NCBI GenBank assembly: GCA_965226585.1
Contig: OZ245366.1
Span: 1,312,001-1,376,000, forward strand
Reading direction: 5' to 3'
DNA: 64,000 nucleotides
Origin: Thermodesulfobacteriota bacterium
Lineage (GTDB): Bacteria; Desulfobacterota_D; UBA1144; Nemesobacterales; Mycalebacteriaceae
Under the pieces are notes generated by a model, which had not been told where the DNA came from, did no database searches, and worked only from the letters and a program-made list of their open reading frames with translations. Made by a program: the position numbers and the translations under genes. Shown here one piece after another: positions 19,701 through 28,782 of this stretch; position 1 is the stretch's first letter, and each line of letters opens with the position of its first letter.

Positions 19701-20544
19701 TTGCGGAGGTGGCGAAGATTGCCGAACTTGCAGACTGGTTTGCCCATATCTCAGAGCCTTTGACATCAACCGCAACACTGCCGGTTCCGGGGTTGGCGGC
19801 AATCGCGCTTGAGTTAGTTCCGTCCGTCCATATTTTTGAGCCGTTTATTTCAATGTTTATATTTTCGCTGTCGCCCGCGCTGGTGATATGAACGGTGTTC
19901 AACCATCTGCTGAATACCGGCTTGCCCGCGCCCAGTTGAGAGTTGTGAATGGCAACGGATATTGGCGAGGGTGTTGCCGTTTCCACCCACAGCGCGCCCG
20001 CTCTGTTGCCGCTTGCCCGCGCTTTCAGGTTGCGGAGTTCAACATCCGGGCTGTCTGTTCTGATAGTGTTGACGCCCGGTTGAGAAGTCCATATTTCCAT
20101 TGTTTCGCCATCCGCCGCGCTGACAGAGAGCGAGCCACCGCCGCTTTCAGACCATATAGCCGAACTGCCCGCGCCGTTAGCCCATATTTTTGATGAGATT
20201 CCTGCGCGGTAGGAAACGCCGCCGCCCGCGCTTTTCAAGACAACCGTGTTGCTTTGCGCGCCGTTAGTCCAGATATCTGTGGCGTTAATGGTTAGAAGCA
20301 GGTTAGCGGTTTGATTTTCGTTGGAAGCGTTAACGGCGGTTGACTGGCTTCCGTTTGCCCACACTTTCAAGTTGGCGAGTGTGGTTGTTGCCGTTGCGTT
20401 GAATGTTGAGACGCTGTTATCCACCGTCCACAATTCTCCGTCTTTTGAGAAAGCCGCAACATCTATTGACTGTGCGTAAGAGGGAGGCGGTGAGAAAGCA
20501 AACAGGATTCCGAGTATGGAAAGCAGGGTTAGGGTTTTACGCAT
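16720..20544 (-). CDS. Autotransporter/adhesin 2 (1274 aa), barrel type C
   Basis: Signal peptide (..SYA|Q), WANG-type repeats, C-terminus ...FSARVGLAF. Confidence 0.87.
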   Translation of the reverse strand: MRKTLTLLSILGILFAFSPPPSYAQSIDVAAFSKDGELWTVDNSVSTFNATATTTLANLKVWANGSQSTAVNASNENQTANLLLTINATDIWTNGAQSNTVVLKSAGGGVSYRAGISSKIWANGAGSSAIWSESGGGSLSVSAADGETMEIWTSQPGVNTIRTDSPDVELRNLKARASGNRAGALWVETATPSPISVAIHNSQLGAGKPVFSRWLNTVHITSAGDSENINIEINGSKIWTDGTNSSAIAANPGTGSVAVDVKGSEIWANQSASSAIFATSANSDSGTNAVVVKVQSSRVWSGQNAGRDSNVIRAQTTGAGKIYVEIRDSTVFEDSRLSFQARSAAVMMNSTGQGGIGFVASGSNIWSGGINSKTIRAESAGAIRQDTTLTIANGSNVWANGTEGSAIFVNSHRFIGITISGSNVWSVGEGRAAAESNSHHSAGSWTGARAEWVVANGSKVWANGAGTGAIYMNSQRAPGSGIIISGGSEVWTEGDSAYSIYGNASERNQYIEVHSHSRVWANGAGSTAIYANSADGGIDDFARVIVNGSSRVFTTDEMSNAIAVDTEAFANIVVHDGSRVWTNGAKSNAIFIGFGIGDSHMRVSGRSQVYTTGADSNAIAITDGFAGARSYVYVDGGSRVFSNGARSAAININAYNRDAIANISGGAGVYATGVDSAAIMLAERARSSGGGKMELYISGGANVSADGQNSTAVFLRSGRAAYYKTIMKVFEDGLVCSGVIDAGRNCLITGAAGAAAVRIRDDGNADDDPADYHSILENAGTIVGDVKLSDYHDRITNKDTGVITMAGSFDTGTGEDTFRNDGIINGTGIPINFGGGDDYFINNGTMVIGGEGFAGLEKITFGENSLLLITADPVEMVGRSLINVEDEIAEADIEGFSARFANPERLSGEFLLFREEILVDSEDERQAIFNIVSDGLERNASARMDEIGNIFITLSNLRPYDYLRNYDAMIQSAYYADNAFSEKLRGGCYGGGDETETQDLRGGCLWAAADGRFTRHTATSEYSEDAHVFTGGFTVPAGKSIVSVAAGYETSDFDAGADTSAGGERFMAGISVASEFWSGIITDVRTQFARATWESAALRGESLIRGDNGKHGAETDVATWSAAVGGEMPIFPGGVFMVVPRVEAGVTKVSADGFRETALEDSALTVGGAGKTYLVISPSVTAYVPAGETVNIWMSLGADAHITDPETQWSARTSGGDLFKVTGSLERIMVNYGAGAEFVLPYKGFNVRIDYDGGVTPGLDTLTQVFSARVGLAF

Positions 20545-20617
20545 AACGGCACGGTGAGGTGTCTTGATTTGGTGAAGTATATTTGCGTAGAGGGTAGATG
20601 TCCACTAAGACGGGGCA

Positions 20618-20643
20618 GGTGTCCAATAAAGGTGTCCAATAAA
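20618..20643. repeat. 13-bp tandem direct repeat GGTGTCCAATAAA x2 upstream of autotransporter 2
   Basis: Exact duplication; a degenerate third copy (GATGTCCACTAAG) near 20597-20609. Confidence 0.75.
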
Positions 20644-20658
20644 ACGGAATGCCTTCCC

Positions 20659-21260
20659 CGTCATTCCGTTGCCTTTCCCGTCATTCCTGCGAAAGCAGGA
20701 ATCCAGTATTGGTTAACCAGTTGAATACTGGATTCCGTGTCAAGCACGGAATGACGGGATGGGGAAAAACACGGAATGACACACTTTCCCGTCATTCCTG
20801 CGGAAGCAGGAATCCAGTATTGATTAACCAGTTGAATACTGGATTCCGTGTCAAGCACGGAATGACGGGATGGGGAAAAAAGCACGGAATGACACACTTT
20901 CCCGTCATTCCTGCGGAAGCAGGAATCCAGTATTGGTTAACCAGTTGAATACTGGATTCCGTGTCAAGCACGGAATGACGGGATGGGGAAAAAAGCACGG
21001 AATGACACACTTTCCCGTCATTCCTGCGGAAGCAGGAATCCAGTATTGGTTAACCAGTTGAATACTGGATTCCGTGTCAGGCACGGAATGACGGGAAGGG
21101 GAAAAAGCGCGGAATGACACACTTTCCCGTCATTCCTGCGAAAGCAGGAATCCAGTATTGGTTAACCAGTTGAATACTGGATTCCGTGTCAGGCACGGAA
21201 TGACGGAAAGGGGAAAAGGCACGGAATGACGGGAGTGTAGAAGCGTCATTCCGTTGCCTC
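20659..21260. repeat. Tandem array of five 78-bp CGTC palindromic doublets (period 111-113 bp), left of the GIY-YIG gene
   Basis: Units start at 20679, 20790, 20903, 21016, 21128, joined by a conserved GG(A/T)GGGGAAAA(A)GCACGGAATGACACACTTTCC-like linker. Confidence 0.95.
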
Positions 21261-21263
21261 CTC

Positions 21264-21648
21264 CGTCATTCCTGCGAAAGCAGGAATCCAGTATTATTTA
21301 ACCCGATGGACAAAAATCCCGCAGTCTACATAATGGCGAGCAAGCGAAACGGAACACTTTACACAGGTGTAACCAGCAACCTGCCCGCCCGCGCTTGGGA
21401 GCATAAGAACAGCGCGACAGAAGGTTTTACAGACAAATACAGTGTCCACCTGCTTGTGTACTTTGAAGTGCACGAGGATATGAATTCAGCAATTGAACGC
21501 GAGAAGCAGATAAAGCAATGGAAACGCCAATGGAAATTGGAACTTATAGAGAAAGACAACCCTGAATGGAAAGATTTGTATGAGGATATTGTTTGAGTAG
21601 GGGTTTCGCCAGTTGAATACTGGATTCCGTGTCAGGCACGGAATGACG
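21264..21648 (+). mobile_element. Candidate autonomous palindrome element: arm A + GIY-YIG gene + arm B
   Basis: Arm A at 21264-21295, gene at 21306-21596, arm B at 21616-21648; the gene occupies the place of the 13-bp spacer of ordinary units; mobility is inferred. Confidence 0.6.
21306..21596 (+). CDS. Small GIY-YIG nuclease (96 aa; UPF0213/YhbQ-like stand-alone family)
   Basis: AVYIM...LYTGVT..L..R..EH...A..REKQIK.W.R.WK..LIE..NP.W.DL; expected catalytic Y8, Y19, R29, H33, E66 present. Confidence 0.92.
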   Translation: MDKNPAVYIMASKRNGTLYTGVTSNLPARAWEHKNSATEGFTDKYSVHLLVYFEVHEDMNSAIEREKQIKQWKRQWKLELIEKDNPEWKDLYEDIV

Positions 21649-22333
21649 GGAAGGGGAAAAGGCACGGAATGACACACTTTCCCGTCATTCCTGCGGAAGC
21701 AGGAATCCAGTATTGGTTAACCAGTTGAATACTGGATTCCGTGTCAGGCACGGAATGACGGGATGGGGAAAAAGGCACGGAATGACGGGAGTGGAGAAGC
21801 GTCATTCCGTTGCCTCCTCCGTCATTCCTGCGGAAGCAGGAATCCAGTATTGGTTAGCCAGCTGAATACTGGATTCCGTGTCAGGCACGGAATGACGGGA
21901 AGGGGAAAAGGCACGGAATGACACTCTTTCCCGTCATTCCTGCGGAAGCAGGAATCCAGTATTAGTTAGCCAGTTGAATACTGGATTCCGTGTCAGGCAC
22001 GGAATGACGGGAAGGGGAAGAAGGCACGGAATGACACTCTTTCCCGTCATTCCTGCGAAAGCAGGAATCCAGTATTAGTTAACCAGTTGAATACTGGATT
22101 CCGTGTCAGGCACGGAATGACGGGAAGGAGAAAAGGCACGGAATGACACACTTCCCCGTCATTCCTGCGGAAGCAGGAATCCAGTATTGGTTAGCCAGTT
22201 GAATACTGGATTCCGTGTCAGGCACGGAATGACGGAAAGGGGAAAAAGGCACGGAATGACGGAAAAAAAACAATCAACGGAATGACGGAATGGTGGAAAG
22301 CACGGAATGACGGGAAGGGGAAAAGGCACGGAA
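21649..22333. repeat. Tandem array of five 78-bp CGTC doublets right of the GIY-YIG gene, ending in stuttered GGAATGACGG ends
   Basis: Units start at 21683, 21820, 21932, 22045, 22157; several partial right ends at ~22250-22333. Confidence 0.95.
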
Positions 22334-22342
22334 TTACAGGTC

Positions 22343-25300
22343 TTAAAACCTGTAATTAACTCCGCCTCTGAACTGTTGCACAAAAGTATCAACCGAAGAA
22401 CTAACCCCGCCGCCATATTCAACACTCACATTAAACTTCTCATAAGGGCTGTATTCAAAACCCGCCCCGTAGGTGAACATCACCCTGTCCATTGTGCCGT
22501 CAACGGGAACATTATCCCTCTCAAGCCTTCCTTCAATCTCAGATTCAGGGTTAAGCACTTGTATATCCGCCCCTGTTCTTATCCACATATTTATTGTCTC
22601 ATTGAGAGGACTCCGCGCCTCTATTGACGGACTCACGTACACAAGCAACTCGCTTATCTCATCTACCCCAAAGGCATCCATCGCCGCATCCGCCGCACCT
22701 GTTCCTGTTGTAAGCGAAGTCTCATTAAACTTATCCGCCGTTATTTGAGATGCTCCAACCGCCACACGGGGGAAGAAAGCGAACTCTCCCATTAAGAACG
22801 GTCTTGCCGCGCCTATCTCGCCGCCGAATACCGTTGCGTCCACATCCGCCGAGTAACTGTTACCCGCCGTTCTGGTCGCTTCCCAACTCGTTGACCCGTA
22901 ACGCAGGTTGCCGTCAAGCACAAACTCATCAACCAACGCCTCGGCAAATATACCGCCCATGAACCTTGTTGCATCTCCGCTTGCTTTGCCCAGTCCTCTC
23001 GTGTCCGCCGCAGTCTCTGTTTCTGAACTCGCGTCTATGTCCGATATCTCATATCCGCCCGCGATAGAAACAAGCACTCCGCTAAATGGCGCGGAAAAAC
23101 CGCCGGTGAAGGAATAAACATCCTCGTCATATTGTATCGCCGATGTGTGCCTTGTGTATCTTCCGCCCGATGTTGCCCATACGCATCCGCCAGTCCAAAA
23201 CTCTCCTTCTATCTCATCACTCGCCGCTCCGCTGATTCCGCATCCTCTTGCCAACTTGTCAGCAAAGTTTCTGTCTGAACGGTAGGCGGACTGTATCAAT
23301 GCGTCATATACATCCAAACTTGTGTCTTTGTGCGATGTTGCTCTTAAAAACAGGTTGCCGTTTTCGTCTGTCTCAACAGTTATTCTTTCGCCGATTTCCG
23401 CGCTCAGGCGGTCTGCAACTTCCTGCCTTTCTTCGCCTTCCGGCAGGGCTTCCGCTTCAAAAATTGTGTATTCCGTTACATGCGCGCCGGGAACTTCAAC
23501 TTCAACATTGAAACCCTCAACATCTTCGGCGGTTATCGTCCCCTCAAGGTCTATCAGCGGGTCGCCCGCAACGCTTTCAGGGTCTGCCGTGATAACAAGG
23601 GTTGAGTTTGCGCCGAAAGATATCTTCTCAAGCCCGTTAATCGTTTCCCCGCCACTTATTACCAAAGTTCCGTTGACTGTCAGAGTGTCTCCATCGCTAT
23701 CTCCAAAGTTCAGAGAACCGCCGCCCGATTTCTCCGGCTCCGTTTCCACAAACTCAGCGGTTCCCGCAGAACCGAGACGGAAACGCCCGTCTCCGCCGGA
23801 TGATGCGGAACGCCTGCTGCTGGTGGTAATATTCGTGCCTTCATACGTTCCGCCTGCGGCTATGGTAACACTTGCGCCGCCCACAACAGCAGATGTGTCT
23901 ATGTCGCCATACACCTTGCCGGTGGCGTTAATCGTAACTATTCTGTTATCGTAACCAAGGGTTCCTGACCACCCCTTCGCGCCCGCAGACATTTTTATCG
24001 CCTTGCCGCCCGTTACGTTCACGGTTCCGTCCACCCAAACAAAAGCCCCGCCGTTTGCCGTGCTCGCGGAAATCCCGATTCCCGAAGTCGCACCCGCCGC
24101 CCCTTTCGCGTACACCGCCGAACCTTCATCAATAATTACATTTGCATATCCGGTATCAGCCCTCGCTATTATCGCCTTCCCGCCGGTTCCGCTCGCGTTC
24201 ACAAGCGTTCTGCCTCCTAATCTTACTGTCGCCTCTATGTCATGCACACTTACGGCAGATGCCCCTGTTTGGGGGTTCGTCCTCGGCGCGCCGGTTGTTG
24301 TGGCGTTCAGCCCTTCAGCCTGTCCGCCCGGGAGGCTGATAACATGTGTAACATCCGAACTTGACGAATGATAAGAGTTGACAGTCGCGTCCGCCCCGGC
24401 CGATTCTGCCACGGCATACTTGCTTTGGGTTCCGTTTGCGTAACGCACTGCGGGAGTTCCTCCGCTTGGTGTGCGGAAAATAATATCCACCCGGGCATTT
24501 GCGCTGCTTGAGGATGCGTGGGCGGCGGTACTGCGGTTGTCGCCGTTCACGAATAAAATGCCGCTCGTCTCAATACTTGCGTTTCCGCCTGCGCTAGCCC
24601 GTATCGCCGTGCTTCCAATGCCCTCCGTATAGACAGCCGTGCTGTGACTTGCCTGTCTGATTAAAACATTTCCCGACCCGCTCACTCCGTACAGGGCGTG
24701 GCTTTGCTTCTGCACCGCCCACACTTTTGCCTGTCCTGAAACGGTAATGGCAACATCTCCGCTTCCGCTTGATACGCCACTAAACGCGGATGACCTGTCA
24801 GGGATGACTGACAGCCGAGAATCTCCGCTCATTGAAAAAGATATATCTCCGTTTCTCGTCTCCGCGACAATTGCGTCTGCAAGGAAATGACCGCGCATAG
24901 CTACCTGAGAGGTGCCGCCAAGCGCAATATTTATGTCTCCGTCCGCGCTGTTCGCGTGTATGGCTCTGGCGGCGGTTCCGTATTGCGGGAATCCGGCTAT
25001 CACCTGCGCGCCGCCCTGCAAACTGACGGTTGTGGAGCCGTTGCGGGTTTGCAGTCTGACGGTATTGGTATTCGACTGCCCTGAGGAAACATACGCCGAA
25101 TCCGGATTCTCTAACGGCGCGTCTGCCGCCGCCGCCGCGCCGTTGACATAAAGCCCTATGGCACCGTCCACCGATGTCGCTTTTATGGTGTCGCCACTCC
25201 CGCCGGTAACGACTCGCGACTTGTCGGAAATGATTATTTTTGTTTCTCCGTTACCCACTTGCGACACGACACCGCTTCCTACCGCCTCTATACGGGAATC

Positions 25301-28300
25301 GCCAACCAGAGTAATTTCCGTTCTTTCTGTTGAGCCGCTTGCGTCAACACTCAGCACGGAGGCTCCGCTTGTTTCTGTGGCGATGCTGGAGTTTGCAAGA
25401 TAGACCCTAACTCCAAGTTCAGTTCCCTGTGTTCCCGCTACGTATGAAGAGCTTACGTGAACCGCGCTTCCCGCTCCGGCGACCGCCGTCAGCGGAGAAT
25501 TGACTATATCAAGCGTTGCCGTGCCTTTGTCAGCCCGAACCTGCGCGGCGCGTCCGCCGGCGGATTTAATAGTTGAGCTGTTGACGATGACATGCACGCC
25601 TCCAACCACTCTTGTTCCCACAGCCGAAATTCCGCTTGACCCCGCAACCGCCATGACGGTTGAATCATTCACCGCCAAAACTACCGCCGGCAAGTCCGCT
25701 GTTCCGCCGGGGCCCGCTCCGGCGTCAACGGCGTCAACGGCATTTGCTCCCGCGCCGTTTAACGCGATAAACGAGTCGATTACATTCACTGCTCCAACAA
25801 TTCCTCCAACCGCCGGGTTGCCCGCGTGCGCCGACCATACCTTGGACCCGCTTATGTGCACAGTCGCCCCTTTGACGGCTGTGCCCGTGCCTGATGTGCC
25901 CGTTGCCCAAACCTCCGAGCCGTTAGTTATGCTCACGCCGCCAGCCGTGGTGATGCCTTCTCTTACCGCCCACACCTTTGAGCCGTTAACGGTTACATCT
26001 CCGCCGGTCTGGATTTTGATGGCATTGCCGGCCGCGCCGTTTGCGCCAACTACCGCGCCGTTGACCACATTCACCGCGCTACCCGTTTGAATCGTGATTG
26101 ACTCGGCGCCTTCGCTCCAAACGCTGACGCCGTTTAAGTCAAAACCCTCACTGAAAGAAGTGATGACAAAGGTTCCCGCGCCGTTAGACCAAACTTTTGA
26201 GCCGTCTGTTATGGTCAGCGATGTCCTTCCCGTTTCGGGAATTACAGGGTTCACGGGGCTGTCTCCCGTTGACCACACATTTGAGCCGCTTATGCTGATG
26301 TCTGCTCCTGTTATCGCGCTTTTTGCCGCTCCATGCGTCCAAACGTTTGACCCGTTAAACACTTTCACCGTTCCGGTTGCCACAATTCCGCCGCCGCCGG
26401 TCGCGCTGTTTGCCCCCGCAGTCGCGCCGCTCAGAAGTACGTCTTGCGCCGTAATCGCGTTGCTGTCCGCTCCTTCAGCCCACACAGACGCGCCGTTGAG
26501 TGTTACGGTTCCGGTTGCGGTTGTGGCAAGGGCGTCTGTTGTCGCGCCGTTAGCCCACAGCTTTATGCCGTGAATTGTTACTTCCGTTGTTATTCCCGCA
26601 GTTGAAGCACTGTCTGCCGTTGTCCAAACTTCTCCCGCTCCGTCTCTTGATTCAATGGTGAGCGTTCCCGAAGTCGCATTAATCGCAGAACTGCTCGCGC
26701 CTTCCGCCCAAACCTTTGAGCCGCCGTAAATTTCGAATAATGAGGCAACCACAACCGCGTTGCTGTTATCGCCTTCCGTCCAAATTTGCGAACCGCTTCT
26801 GATTGTCGCGTTTTCGGTTACGGCAAGGGCGTTTGTTGTCGCGCCGTTTGCCCACACTTTTGCTTGCCGAATAAATGCTCTGTCCGCCCTCAGGGTTAAA
26901 GCCCCATCACCGGTTGTCCAAATCTCTCCCGTTCCGGCAATGGCAAGCCCTCCGCCGCTTCCCGCGGAAACCGCCCGACTTCCCGCGCCGTTTGCCCAGA
27001 CCTTGCCGCCGGCGGTAATTATTAGTGAGTTGGCGATAATCGTGTTGGCGTTATTGCCTTCCGTCCAAACTTCCGAGGAGTACACTCTCGCGGAATCCGA
27101 AACTACCGCATCAGACCTGAAGCCGCCCGTCCACACCTTGACGCTGTTCTGAATGCCCACAGTTGTTGCCTTTATCGCGTTACTGATTGGGCCGTTTGCC
27201 CACACATTCGCGCCGTTCCAAATATTGACGGTTGGCGCAAGGATGGTGTTGGATTGGCCGCCTATTGTCCACACATTCGCGCCAATGACTGTTACGGGTG
27301 CTGATGTTGCCTTAACTGCGTTGCTTCTCGAGCCGTTTGCCCACACATTTGCGCCGTTCCAAATATTGACAAGTGCCGCAACGATAGTTTCGGAACCTTG
27401 GCCGCCTATTGTCCACACATTCGCGCCATTGACTGTTACGACAGCTCCCGCCGTAACCGCCTGACTTCTCGAGCCGTTTGCCCAAACTTTCAGGTCATTG
27501 ATGACCGCCGTTCTTACCGCTTTCACTGCTACAGTCGAGGATCCTTTAACCCATATCTCTCCCGTTCCGTCTTCAGATTCTATGGTAACCGAGTCCGAAC
27601 TTCCCGAAACAACGGCGATTCCGCTGGATGAGCTTGCCCAAACCTTTCCACCGCTTGAAACATTCACCGTGTCCGAGACTATCGTGTTGGAGTTAAAGCG
27701 GTTTCCCGTCCAAACTTCCGAGTTATCGACCAGCACGGCTGTAGCCAAAATCGCGTCGCTTCTGGCTCCGTCACTCCAAACCTTCGCGCCGTTCCAAAGG
27801 CTCACAGTTTTTGCCTGTATCGTACCGGCGTCTGATTTGTTAGACCATATTTGCGCCGATGAGACCTTTAAGGCGTCCGTTGATATGACTGCCAGTTTGC
27901 CGTCGCTCGTCCATATATCAAGTTCTGATATTAGCGCGCCGTCCGGTGTGGCGCTGATAATGTTGACGGCGTAACTGTTAAAGCTGAGTGAGTAGATTTC
28001 GCCCGCTGAGGCGTTGCCGGAGATGGTAACGCTTCCGCTGTTGGTTTGAACCGCCAGAGCCGCCCCCCCGCCTGCGGAGTATCTTTCCAGCGCGATTTTT
28101 GAATTGTTGCCCACCCAAACGGTGGTGGATGTGTTCACGCCTTTGAATTCAACGGTATTCACGCCATTGCCGCCTGACACGCTAATGTCGCCTGAGGTAA
28201 CAAGCATATTGTCTGTTATTACCGCGGCTATATTTCCCCGTTCTATATTTACGCTAATCACCGTGCTTTCGTCTGAGTTTATAACGTCCGGTTCTCCGTC

Positions 28301-28756
28301 TCTTGAGCGGATATCCAAATCAAGGTTTGTAATGGTACTGGTGTTTGTAATGATACCGGTGTTTGTGTTTGGGTCTCTTACGTAGGTAATTGGGTCTCTT
28401 GCGTAGGTAATGTTGAAATTAATTCCGTCTCCTCCGATTAGCGGAACGGGTTTTGTGCCTTCAATGATGAAGGGGCGGATAGTCTTTGTGGTGGATGAAA
28501 TAACCCCGCGTGTGCGACTTTTAAATATGACTTTTACAGGGGTAGTCACCTCCGGAGACGTGAAGGTTGTCGTTGAGGAATCTGTCGCGGGAAAAATTGT
28601 GGAAATTATCACCACGGAAGGATCGTTCGTGGTTACGTAACTTGTGTTGGAATAAAATGTATTGGAATAAGATACTGTCTGGGAATAAGATACGCCCGGC
28701 ACGATGAGGGTGCATAAAAGAGCAAAAAGAACGAGTGCGAACGAGCGTTTACGCAT
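22343..28756 (-). CDS. Autotransporter/adhesin 3 (2137 aa), barrel type B
   Basis: Signal peptide (..SYS|Q), repeat passenger, C-terminus ...FRGGVNYRF. Confidence 0.87.
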   Translation of the reverse strand: MRKRSFALVLFALLCTLIVPGVSYSQTVSYSNTFYSNTSYVTTNDPSVVIISTIFPATDSSTTTFTSPEVTTPVKVIFKSRTRGVISSTTKTIRPFIIEGTKPVPLIGGDGINFNITYARDPITYVRDPNTNTGIITNTSTITNLDLDIRSRDGEPDVINSDESTVISVNIERGNIAAVITDNMLVTSGDISVSGGNGVNTVEFKGVNTSTTVWVGNNSKIALERYSAGGGAALAVQTNSGSVTISGNASAGEIYSLSFNSYAVNIISATPDGALISELDIWTSDGKLAVISTDALKVSSAQIWSNKSDAGTIQAKTVSLWNGAKVWSDGARSDAILATAVLVDNSEVWTGNRFNSNTIVSDTVNVSSGGKVWASSSSGIAVVSGSSDSVTIESEDGTGEIWVKGSSTVAVKAVRTAVINDLKVWANGSRSQAVTAGAVVTVNGANVWTIGGQGSETIVAALVNIWNGANVWANGSRSNAVKATSAPVTVIGANVWTIGGQSNTILAPTVNIWNGANVWANGPISNAIKATTVGIQNSVKVWTGGFRSDAVVSDSARVYSSEVWTEGNNANTIIANSLIITAGGKVWANGAGSRAVSAGSGGGLAIAGTGEIWTTGDGALTLRADRAFIRQAKVWANGATTNALAVTENATIRSGSQIWTEGDNSNAVVVASLFEIYGGSKVWAEGASSSAINATSGTLTIESRDGAGEVWTTADSASTAGITTEVTIHGIKLWANGATTDALATTATGTVTLNGASVWAEGADSNAITAQDVLLSGATAGANSATGGGGIVATGTVKVFNGSNVWTHGAAKSAITGADISISGSNVWSTGDSPVNPVIPETGRTSLTITDGSKVWSNGAGTFVITSFSEGFDLNGVSVWSEGAESITIQTGSAVNVVNGAVVGANGAAGNAIKIQTGGDVTVNGSKVWAVREGITTAGGVSITNGSEVWATGTSGTGTAVKGATVHISGSKVWSAHAGNPAVGGIVGAVNVIDSFIALNGAGANAVDAVDAGAGPGGTADLPAVVLAVNDSTVMAVAGSSGISAVGTRVVGGVHVIVNSSTIKSAGGRAAQVRADKGTATLDIVNSPLTAVAGAGSAVHVSSSYVAGTQGTELGVRVYLANSSIATETSGASVLSVDASGSTERTEITLVGDSRIEAVGSGVVSQVGNGETKIIISDKSRVVTGGSGDTIKATSVDGAIGLYVNGAAAAADAPLENPDSAYVSSGQSNTNTVRLQTRNGSTTVSLQGGAQVIAGFPQYGTAARAIHANSADGDINIALGGTSQVAMRGHFLADAIVAETRNGDISFSMSGDSRLSVIPDRSSAFSGVSSGSGDVAITVSGQAKVWAVQKQSHALYGVSGSGNVLIRQASHSTAVYTEGIGSTAIRASAGGNASIETSGILFVNGDNRSTAAHASSSSANARVDIIFRTPSGGTPAVRYANGTQSKYAVAESAGADATVNSYHSSSSDVTHVISLPGGQAEGLNATTTGAPRTNPQTGASAVSVHDIEATVRLGGRTLVNASGTGGKAIIARADTGYANVIIDEGSAVYAKGAAGATSGIGISASTANGGAFVWVDGTVNVTGGKAIKMSAGAKGWSGTLGYDNRIVTINATGKVYGDIDTSAVVGGASVTIAAGGTYEGTNITTSSRRSASSGGDGRFRLGSAGTAEFVETEPEKSGGGSLNFGDSDGDTLTVNGTLVISGGETINGLEKISFGANSTLVITADPESVAGDPLIDLEGTITAEDVEGFNVEVEVPGAHVTEYTIFEAEALPEGEERQEVADRLSAEIGERITVETDENGNLFLRATSHKDTSLDVYDALIQSAYRSDRNFADKLARGCGISGAASDEIEGEFWTGGCVWATSGGRYTRHTSAIQYDEDVYSFTGGFSAPFSGVLVSIAGGYEISDIDASSETETAADTRGLGKASGDATRFMGGIFAEALVDEFVLDGNLRYGSTSWEATRTAGNSYSADVDATVFGGEIGAARPFLMGEFAFFPRVAVGASQITADKFNETSLTTGTGAADAAMDAFGVDEISELLVYVSPSIEARSPLNETINMWIRTGADIQVLNPESEIEGRLERDNVPVDGTMDRVMFTYGAGFEYSPYEKFNVSVEYGGGVSSSVDTFVQQFRGGVNYRF

Positions 28757-28782
28757 TGATAAAAACTCAGAACTACGGGGTA

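Noticed and set aside
21264..21648. Classical IS or integron cassette
   Set aside because: No DDE/HUH transposase or integrase, no target-site duplication, and no attC-type GTTRRRY core arrangement recognised.
20659..22333. CRISPR array interpretation of the ~112-bp periodic arrays (also 37097-38117 and 57291-57866)
   Set aside because: The 'spacers' are near-identical rather than unique, the unit is ~78 bp, copies are also dispersed and intragenic, and no cas genes are present.
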